From: a virus
DNA: 5,595 nucleotides
Strand: one strand, 5' to 3'
Virus record (IMG/VR): IMGVR_UViG_3300045988_056721
Location: 1 to 5,595 of that record
Every line of letters begins with the position of its first letter. Position 1 is the first letter of the stretch. Made by a program: the position numbers and the translations under genes. This document shows, piece by piece, positions 1 to 4,886 of this stretch. The notes under the pieces are model-generated. The model was not told the DNA's origin, ran no database searches, and was given only the letters and a program-made list of their open reading frames with translations.

Positions 1-119
1 AAAAAACGTATTTTAGAATTATCATGATAATCTAAATAGCGACGAAGCCGCTTAAAAAAAAGCTGCAAATGGTCACGATGCAGCGAACAGTCAGCTGGAA
101 GGCAATCATCGTTATAGGT
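1..119. repeat. Terminal direct repeat, left copy, identical to 5477..5595; assembly overlap of a circular genome
   Basis: Base-by-base comparison: 1..119 (aaaaaacgtattttagaatt...atcatcgttataggt) equals 5477..5595 at a constant offset of 5476. The VP4 reading frame runs without interruption across the junction. Confidence 0.95.
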
Positions 120-380
120 TAGCGTGATGAAGCAGTTATGAAGATGTAGTTTTGCTTCGTGGACGCAGCGAATAGCCCAGTCATTAGCTTTATCCAAACG
201 GCAGCCAAGACATTGGCCACAAGGAACAACAACAGCATAATTATTAGCCAGCTCACTTTTAGCAATTTCCAAAGATTGTCCATAAAGATCACGATAAGAT
301 ACAAAATTAGATAGCTCAAATTTGCCGTTAGAATTAGGAACGGCAGATCTTTTTGCAAACATAGGATTAAGGCAAGTCAT
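1..380 (-). CDS. VP4: VP4 replication initiation protein (HUH rolling-circle endonuclease), N-terminal part; the gene continues at 5476 on the circle, and 1..119 duplicates 5477..5595
   Basis: Manual minus-strand translation from ATG 380..378 gives MTCLNPMFAKRSAVPNSNGKFELSNFVSYRDLYGQSLEIAKSELANNYAVVVPCGQCLGCRLDKANDWAIRCVHEAKLHLHNCFITLTYNDD.... It is open to the window edge and in frame with 4912..5595. It contains CGQCLGCR (CxxCxxC) and RCR motif I FITLTY (114..131), both typical of gokushovirus VP4. An in-frame TAG at 396..398 bounds the ORF upstream. The track missed this part because it runs off the window edge. Confidence 0.92.
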   Translation of the reverse strand, partial: MTCLNPMFAKRSAVPNSNGKFELSNFVSYRDLYGQSLEIAKSELANNYAVVVPCGQCLGCRLDKANDWAIRCVHEAKLHLHNCFITLTYNDDCLPADCSLHRDHLQLFFKRLRRYLDYHDNSKIRF

Positions 381-395
381 AATACACACAGCTTT

Positions 396-509
396 CTACA
401 TGCGGATACCACCGCGCATGTTGCGAGATTTAAGATTTTTGAGCCGCGGAACGGCATGATTGCGAAAGTTCCGGCGAGAGCTTCCGCGCGAAATTCTACT
501 TCTTTTCAT
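396..509 (-). CDS. Small arginine-rich DNA-binding/packaging protein (phiX174 J-like, gokushovirus ORF8-like), 37 aa
   Basis: ATG at 509..507 is preceded by AAGGAG with an 8-nt spacer (tttaAGGAGtaaacgccATG). Translation: MKRSRISRGSSRRNFRNHAVPRLKNLKSRNMRGGIRM, stop TAG at 398..396. It has 10 Arg and 3 Lys in 37 aa. The C-terminal MRGGIRx matches my recollection of the chlamydiaphage ORF8 C-terminus. It is too short for the ORF track. Confidence 0.8.
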   Translation of the reverse strand: MKRSRISRGSSRRNFRNHAVPRLKNLKSRNMRGGIRM

Positions 510-547
510 GGCGTTTACTCCTTAAATAAATACCAAGGGTTAAAAGA

Positions 548-817
548 TTAATTATTTTTTCCCAAAAAGCGGGAGTAGCTTTTTTCTTCAGTCTGCGCTG
601 CGACTGCGTGACGAAAGCCATTTACGTCGTCTTGACCTCTTTTCTGCATATTAACAAGGTCATCCTGCACAGCAAGTGAGATAGCTTTAAGACTTGAAGA
701 GCCTTCACGGTTATACTTACCGGTACGAAACATGTCAATAAAATCAACAACTTCCTGAATAAAAGGAATAACGGTAGAAACGAGAAATGTCAGAATAGCA
801 GTAGTTTTGTTGGACAT
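548..817 (-). CDS. Hypothetical 89-aa protein with an N-terminal hydrophobic (putative transmembrane) helix; ORFan
   Basis: ATG at 817 is preceded by GAGGTGA with a 6-nt spacer, 11 nt after the VP2 stop. Residues about 5-24 (TTAILTFLVSTVIPFIQEVV) are hydrophobic, and the rest is charged and hydrophilic. I recognised no family motif. Confidence 0.7.
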   Translation of the reverse strand: MSNKTTAILTFLVSTVIPFIQEVVDFIDMFRTGKYNREGSSSLKAISLAVQDDLVNMQKRGQDDVNGFRHAVAAQTEEKSYSRFLGKNN

Positions 818-828
818 AATTAATCACC

Positions 829-1626
829 TCATTTAGAAAAATAACTAGCAATACCGGAAAACAAACGATTAGCTGCACGGCCAACAGTATTCCAAGGCAG
901 GCCGTCATCAGAAAGGCCAAGATCTTTATAATCCTTATTACGAGAAGTCTTATAATCATAATCAGCCTTAGCAACATAAGATAATTGATTATTATAAGCG
1001 GCGGAACTATTAGCGGCATTTCCTTGAGCAATCATCATATTAGCTTGAGCCGGCATAACAACATTGCGCTGATAAAGAGCATTTTGAGTTTGCTCATCAA
1101 TTAACTGACCTTGTTTTTCAGCATTGCGTAAATTCTGTTTATACAAAGCAACATTGTCAGCATAAGTATCAGTAGCTAATTTATTAGCAATAGTTTTTCC
1201 AGCAGCTTCAGCTTCGAAATTTTTAGCAGTAGCAGCATTCAAAAGCACATCAGAATCTAACTTTTTAACAGTGCCTTCACCGACACGTTGAGCAGTATCA
1301 GCCTGCTTTTGAGCAGCCTTAGCAGAGCTACCAGCAGCCTGGGAAGACATACCAGCAGTAACTCCTTCACCTAGATTATACTGACTAGCAAGGGCGGATG
1401 CACCATTAACGGAACCACCAATACCAGAAGTAGCAGCAAGCATAGGGTTTAACCCGGCCTTTTGCATATCTTCCATGGACCACTGATAACGATGCTGATA
1501 ATTATATTGATTACGTTGATTGGCTACCGTTGCAGCATGACGATCAGCAGAGTTAGATAAAGCACCACCAATGATAGACGCAATGCCACCAGTAACAGCT
1601 CCAAGAGCAGATCCAAGAAATGACAT
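829..1626 (-). CDS. VP2: VP2 minor capsid / DNA pilot protein (265 aa)
   Basis: ATG at 1626 is preceded by AAGGAG (aaaAAGGAGtgattttctATG), 17 nt after the VP1 stop. It has a Gly/Ala/Ser-rich N-terminus, then ...YQWSMEDMQKAGLNPMLAA..., a signature I recognise from Microviridae VP2/H-like pilot proteins, followed by an Ala/Gln-rich probable coiled-coil region. Confidence 0.88.
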   Translation of the reverse strand: MSFLGSALGAVTGGIASIIGGALSNSADRHAATVANQRNQYNYQHRYQWSMEDMQKAGLNPMLAATSGIGGSVNGASALASQYNLGEGVTAGMSSQAAGSSAKAAQKQADTAQRVGEGTVKKLDSDVLLNAATAKNFEAEAAGKTIANKLATDTYADNVALYKQNLRNAEKQGQLIDEQTQNALYQRNVVMPAQANMMIAQGNAANSSAAYNNQLSYVAKADYDYKTSRNKDYKDLGLSDDGLPWNTVGRAANRLFSGIASYFSK

Positions 1627-1643
1627 AGAAAATCACTCCTTTT

Positions 1644-3284
1644 TTAGAAATGTCCCATCATACCGGGTATACCATACATAGGCATTGGACGAATACACTT
1701 AAGGTTAAATTTAACATCTAACAAAAAGTGAGGATAACTAGGAACAGCAACTACACGGCTAATGGGCGGATGGTCTTGAATAAACTCATCAGAAAGCGTA
1801 GGAAGCGTAGCAAACTTTTGAGAAAGATGCCAAACATCAAGAGGTTCTTTATAGGTCGAACGGAATTGACCGGTAATCAAAGACGGCTTGTAACGATATT
1901 CTGCGTAACGTTCTTGATAACCGAAAACTTTCTTGTCAGCGTCATTTCCTTGACAATAAATTTCAATGTTTTGAATAGCCTGTTCGCCGAGATGAGCAAA
2001 AGACGGCCAATAAAAATCAAGCACATCAGAGCGCAGCCACATTTTATTAATACCTTGCTGGTAAGTCAAATCAGCACGAACATTAATAAGGCCGATAACA
2101 TAACCAAATTCGCTAAAAGATTTAGTAAAGGCATGATACCTTTGAGCGTTAAGGCCATATGCAGCTAAATTACCTTGTGGAGTAGTAGAATCAGTAGAGC
2201 TAGTTTGAGTAACCGGATTAATATTCATCATGCTAGAATGAGAGCCGAGAAACTCCGGACGTTGCAAACGGGCGTCGGGATTGGTAACGCCGAAGTGAGC
2301 TTGCAGTTTTTCCGTATAACGTGTACCACCTCTAGCATCAATCTCGTAGTAGCGTTGCAGCATAAACGCTTGACGAAGTGAATTAATAGTAACCATGGAA
2401 ACACCAGAAAGATCAGCATAAACACCAGAATCATTTTTTAAATCAAGTTTATGAGTAAAATTTGCATTATAGGAGCCAAAAGTAATCATATTGTTAGGCC
2501 AATCAGCATTAACAGCACCGGAAAGAAAAGCAGATTGACCGGTAGAAGAATCAGTAAGTTTAATACCGGAATCCGACAAAACCGGAGCAGAACCGCCTAA
2601 AGGCAAATCAACAGCCGGGCCTTTTTGGGGCCACGGAAGAGCACCGGTAAAATAATCATATCTTTTTCCACGCGGGGCCGTGTCATACCAATTATTTACG
2701 CCGGAAGGTAAACCATAACCAGGATTGGCAGTAGATTGGCCCATAGGTTCGAGAACTGTATTATTTTCACCTTTAGACACCTTAACAGATTTTTGTAAGT
2801 TCTCATCTCTGAACCATTCGTTCCAAATAAGCCAATACGAGCGGAACGGCAAACAGTTAACGGAAACATTATTGAACGTACCGGAAGAGCAAGCGATACC
2901 CATATAATCGGGTAACTTATTCGTCATATCGCCGGTCAAAGAAACAGTAGGAACAAGGTAGTCCGTCGAATCTTCAGGATTCTCTTGCTCACCGCAAAGA
3001 TTAACCCATTTGTCATATACAAGACGGGACGGCACGAAAAAGAAGAAACTCTCAATATAAATGTTATCCATGAACGGAACAACCGGAGTAGCCAAACGAC
3101 AAAATTCAACCGGATTCAATGTAAACGTATCGCCTGGAATTACTTCGTCGACAAAGTAAGGAATAAGCTGGCCTTCATTAAAGGTTGTCTTATAAACATG
3201 ACTACGATCGAAAACAGAGCGGCGAATATTAGCTTGTGGAACCATCGCAAAATGCGACTGATTTACACGAATGTTACGAGCCAT
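1644..3284 (-). CDS. VP1: VP1 major capsid protein (Phage_F family, 546 aa)
   Basis: ATG at 3284 is preceded by AAGGAG (ttAAGGAGtttttaaaATG). The N-terminus ...HFAMVPQANIRRSVFDRSHVYKTTFNEGQLIPYFVDEVIPGDTF...ATPVVPFMDNIYIESFFFFVPSRLVYDKW... is the classic Microviridae F/VP1 jelly-roll signature. The size is typical of gokushovirus VP1. Confidence 0.97.
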   Translation of the reverse strand: MARNIRVNQSHFAMVPQANIRRSVFDRSHVYKTTFNEGQLIPYFVDEVIPGDTFTLNPVEFCRLATPVVPFMDNIYIESFFFFVPSRLVYDKWVNLCGEQENPEDSTDYLVPTVSLTGDMTNKLPDYMGIACSSGTFNNVSVNCLPFRSYWLIWNEWFRDENLQKSVKVSKGENNTVLEPMGQSTANPGYGLPSGVNNWYDTAPRGKRYDYFTGALPWPQKGPAVDLPLGGSAPVLSDSGIKLTDSSTGQSAFLSGAVNADWPNNMITFGSYNANFTHKLDLKNDSGVYADLSGVSMVTINSLRQAFMLQRYYEIDARGGTRYTEKLQAHFGVTNPDARLQRPEFLGSHSSMMNINPVTQTSSTDSTTPQGNLAAYGLNAQRYHAFTKSFSEFGYVIGLINVRADLTYQQGINKMWLRSDVLDFYWPSFAHLGEQAIQNIEIYCQGNDADKKVFGYQERYAEYRYKPSLITGQFRSTYKEPLDVWHLSQKFATLPTLSDEFIQDHPPISRVVAVPSYPHFLLDVKFNLKCIRPMPMYGIPGMMGHF

Positions 3285-3360
3285 TTTAAAAACTCCTTAA
3301 TTTTAATAAACGACCGAAAAGCACGAGAACGGCATTTTCGTTATCAAATACGAAATTAAT

Positions 3361-3390
3361 AAAAAATAAATAAAAGCCTTTTTTTAAAGG
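3361..3390 (-). terminator. Weak hairpin plus T-rich tract; possible leaky intrinsic terminator between VP3 and VP1
   Basis: The minus strand reads CCTTTaaaaAAAGGcttttatttatttttt. This is a 5-bp stem (3386..3390 pairing with 3377..3381), a 4-nt loop and a long T-rich tail. The stem is short and AT-rich, so any termination would be inefficient. Confidence 0.3.
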
Positions 3391-3405
3391 GTTTTTCGTA
3401 TTTTG

Positions 3406-3453
3406 TGTCACCTTGACCAGTTACTATCAAGTAAGTAACTGGTCAAGGTGACA
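3406..3453. repeat. Perfect 20-bp inverted repeat with an 8-nt loop (stem-loop) in the VP3-VP1 intergenic region; candidate replication origin or structural element
   Basis: 3406..3425 (tgtcaccttgaccagttact) is the exact reverse complement of 3434..3453 (agtaactggtcaaggtgaca), and the loop is 3426..3433. On the coding strand the loop region reads tACTTGATa. This is the longest perfect palindrome I found in the window. Confidence 0.9.
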
Positions 3454-3491
3454 GGGTTATTATTCTACATAAGTGAATATTAGCATATAAG

Positions 3492-3935
3492 TTATTTTTG
3501 CTCTAAATTACTCTCTACTGCTACCGGAGTAACAGGTTCTACCGAAGTATCTACAATAGCTTTAGGTTTAAGGCCTAACTCTTCAAGCCTAGAAACAACT
3601 TTGGCGTCAGTAGATGTTAGAGCATCAAGCAGCATTCGTGGGTCATTGCCAAATTCGGCACGAACGCTAGAAGGCAAATCTGCAAATTCTGCATTAACAT
3701 TAGCAACAAGGTTACAAGCCGTTTCATAATCCGGAAGAAGCGTTGTATCTCCATACTGTAAAGTAGCCGGGTCATGCGCTCCGACAGAATCAACAATGCC
3801 GGTAGTATTAAAATTAGCGATAATATGATGAATATCGCATTCTTCGGCAAATGTTTGGTCAGCAAGCGAAGGCTGTGTAATTTCTACGTGCGGTTTTGGC
3901 GGTTGCTCATCGTATAACGTAAAAAACTTAGCCAT
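3492..3935 (-). CDS. VP3: VP3 internal scaffolding protein (147 aa)
   Basis: ATG at 3935 is preceded by AAGGAG (gaAAGGAGatttttacgcATG). ...SLADQTFAEECDIHHIIANFNTTG... and ...FADLPSSVRAEFGNDPRMLLDAL... match the conserved blocks I recall for gokushovirus VP3 (Q-S/T-F-x-x-E-C-D-I-N-x-I and LP-x-x-I/V-R-x-x-F-x-N-D-P). Confidence 0.85.
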   Translation of the reverse strand: MAKFFTLYDEQPPKPHVEITQPSLADQTFAEECDIHHIIANFNTTGIVDSVGAHDPATLQYGDTTLLPDYETACNLVANVNAEFADLPSSVRAEFGNDPRMLLDALTSTDAKVVSRLEELGLKPKAIVDTSVEPVTPVAVESNLEQK

Positions 3936-4062
3936 GCGTAAAAATCTCCTTTCTTAACCTAACAAGGCGCGCAGGTCAGTTTTGCGTAAGGCTCAATTCT
4001 CGTCCGCGGTTGTTACGAAGATGTGAAGCGATTGTTTCAGCTACGAGCAGCAAAGTACAGTC

Positions 4063-4081
4063 ATACCGGCATAGCCGGTAT
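4063..4081. repeat. Short perfect hairpin (8-bp stem, 3-nt loop) in the 5' leader of VP3
   Basis: ataccggc-ata-gccggtat: 4063..4070 pairs with 4074..4081. The core is GC-rich. No adjacent U-tract is present on either strand. Confidence 0.6.
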
Positions 4082-4089
4082 ATAAATAC

Positions 4090-4122
4090 AAAAAAGACGT
4101 CTAACATTACGCCAGACGCCTT
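4090..4122 (-). terminator. Intrinsic (rho-independent) terminator-like hairpin, minus-strand orientation
   Basis: The minus strand reads AAGGCGTCT-ggcgtaatgtt-AGACGTCTT-tttt-g. This is a 9-bp stem (4114..4122 pairing with 4094..4102, with one G.U pair) and an 11-nt loop. Six consecutive T (4095..4090) lie at the 3' side and AA at the 5' side. On the plus strand the tail is only ttaatt, so the polarity fits the minus-strand genes. The loop is larger than in canonical terminators. Confidence 0.5.
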
Positions 4123-4157
4123 AATTGCGTTGTGATATTACAACTTGCCTTGTTAGA

Positions 4158-4186
4158 ATTATACCACAACATTGGAAAGCGGGCAA
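4158..4186 (-). promoter_or_regulatory. Sigma70-type promoter P2 with extended -10 (TTGCCC-17-TGgTATAAT)
   Basis: On the minus strand the -35 is TTGCCC (4186..4181), the spacer is 17 nt, and TGg plus a perfect TATAAT lies at 4163..4158. It begins 14 nt after the VP5 stop. The predicted TSS is near 4151. Confidence 0.6.
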
Positions 4187-4199
4187 GCGTACCTTATAA

Positions 4200-4481
4200 C
4201 TACATTTTAACATTCTCCGGGGGGAGGGTCAACAGTTCCGTAGCGGTAGACAAGAGCAAAGTGGGATTTTGTGGGGAAAATTCGCAGGTTTTATCGTCGA
4301 ACTCACCAAGATACATAAGAACGAAGTCCTCATGATAGTCATGAATAATATTGCTACGCTCCGAAGTAGACGGCTGATTTACCATAATTTGGAACTGACG
4401 AATAGCCATAGCATTATTTTGTTGAACGAAGGGCGGGTTCATCAGCTCGCCCTTACGGTCATAAATACAATAAAGTTTCAT
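4200..4481 (-). CDS. VP5: VP5-like nonstructural protein (93 aa)
   Basis: ATG at 4481 is preceded by GAGGTGA with a 5-nt spacer. It overlaps the upstream ORF stop as ATGA (4481..4478), which suggests translational coupling. The pattern MKLYCIYDRKGELMNPPF...AIRQF...VN...HEDFVLMYLGEFDDKT... matches the gokushovirus VP5/ORF5 pattern I recall (M-K-h-h-x-h-x-D-x-K...PF...A-x-R-x-F...V-N...P-E-D-a-x-L...G-x-F-D-D). Not verified by search. Confidence 0.62.
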   Translation of the reverse strand: MKLYCIYDRKGELMNPPFVQQNNAMAIRQFQIMVNQPSTSERSNIIHDYHEDFVLMYLGEFDDKTCEFSPQNPTLLLSTATELLTLPPENVKM

Positions 4482-4831
4482 TTTTTCACCTCGTCAAATA
4501 ATTTTTCAGGAACTTTGACACCGTCACAAGCAAGCTCATTGGACGTATAATCAATATAAGCTTTAAAATGAATATCGTCATTAAAAGAACGAAAATCAGA
4601 TTTTATAAGACACAAAAGCTTATCTTTACATTCATCAGTAACCTCATGATAAAGACCATGCCAAAGAAAACATTTACCAGAAGACTGAACACGTCTACAA
4701 TAAGAGCGATAACGACCATAAGTAGAGAAACAAGCCTGCATGGAAAGAATATCATTAATAGCCTTAATAGTAGAAGACTGAAGAATACATTTAGTTCCAA
4801 CAAATGAAGAATAATAATAATCTTTTAACAT
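4478..4831 (-). CDS. Hypothetical 117-aa Cys/Tyr-rich protein; ORFan, first gene downstream of promoter P1
   Basis: The track ORF 4478..4885 starts at a TTG that is itself the -35 hexamer of P1 and has no SD. The internal ATG at 4831 has GAGGT with a 7-nt spacer (gtGAGGTaagcgatATG) and lies downstream of the predicted TSS, so I take it as the real start. The protein MLKDYYYSSFVGTKC... has 7 Cys and 3 His, including C54-x3-H58-x3-H62-x5-C68-x5-C74. I recognised no family. Confidence 0.68.
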   Translation of the reverse strand: MLKDYYYSSFVGTKCILQSSTIKAINDILSMQACFSTYGRYRSYCRRVQSSGKCFLWHGLYHEVTDECKDKLLCLIKSDFRSFNDDIHFKAYIDYTSNELACDGVKVPEKLFDEVKK

Positions 4832-4856
4832 ATCGCTTACCTCACTTTCTGATATT

Positions 4857-4885
4857 ATTATACCAAGAGAGATAGCAACTGTCAA
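4857..4885 (-). promoter_or_regulatory. Consensus sigma70 promoter P1 (TTGACA-17-TGgTATAAT)
   Basis: On the minus strand TTGACA lies at 4885..4880, followed by the 17-nt spacer gttgctatctctcttgg, whose last three bases tgg form the extended -10 TGn. TATAAT lies at 4862..4857. Both hexamers are 6/6 matches at optimal spacing. An A-tract-rich upstream region resembles an UP element. The predicted TSS is near 4850, upstream of the SD and ATG of the 117-aa ORF. Confidence 0.8.
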
Positions 4886-4886
4886 A

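Noticed and set aside
1-119. Terminal repeats as LTR/ITR of a mobile element, or as phage terminal redundancy (DTR packaging)
   Set aside because: The repeats are direct and sit inside the VP4 coding sequence with the frame continuing across the junction. Microviridae package circular ssDNA, so this is the usual assembler overlap of a circular contig.
119-358. Minus-strand hydrophobic alternative-frame ORFs inside genes: 119..358 (in VP4), 2228..2434 (in VP1), 3617..3865 (in VP3) and 4603..4803 (in ORFan117)
   Set aside because: They are Leu/Ile/Phe-rich products of the kind expected from off-frame reading of a T-rich strand. I saw no SD before their starts. They recur in every large gene, which argues for composition rather than function. 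Only the 744..1031 case, which crosses a gene junction, was kept as a low-interest finding.
2441-2448. Second partial phiX-ori-like match (minus strand aaACTTGATtt) inside VP1
   Set aside because: Only the 7-mer matches, it lies within coding sequence, and it has no flanking inverted repeat. It is consistent with chance.
3315-3340. Small imperfect inverted repeat (cgaaaa...ttttcg, and acgagaa/ttttcgt) just upstream of the VP1 SD
   Set aside because: It is only 6-7 AT-rich pairs, with a mismatch on the mRNA strand. That is too weak to call as a regulatory hairpin from sequence alone.
1728-3359. Plus-strand track ORFs 1728..2168, 2175..2381, 2725..2907 and 2985..3359
   Set aside because: All are antisense to the confidently identified VP1 gene. 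They are rich in K/R/N/I, as expected from reading the complement of a T-rich coding strand. They lack SD motifs and resemble no protein family I recognise.
3477-3505. Possible weak promoter for VP1 (tagagc-17-TGcTAATAT) overlapping the VP3 stop
   Set aside because: The extended -10 (TGcTAATAT) is plausible, but the -35 matches only 3/6 and the region is generally AT-rich, so chance occurrence is likely. It could still supply hairpin-containing VP1 transcripts, but the evidence is too weak to annotate.
3976-4107. 43-aa minus-strand ORF (MLDVFFVFIYRLCRYDCTLLLVAETIASHLRNNRGRELSLTQN) in the VP3 leader
   Set aside because: It has no SD. Its ATG lies inside the loop of the terminator-like hairpin, and the ORF spans structured non-coding elements. 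Nothing but openness supports it.
4832-4885. The 5' extension of the 135-aa track ORF (start at 4885)
   Set aside because: The 'M' is a TTG that forms part of the TTGACA -35 hexamer. The extension would lie upstream of the predicted transcription start and has no SD, whereas ATG 4831 has GAGGT at proper spacing.
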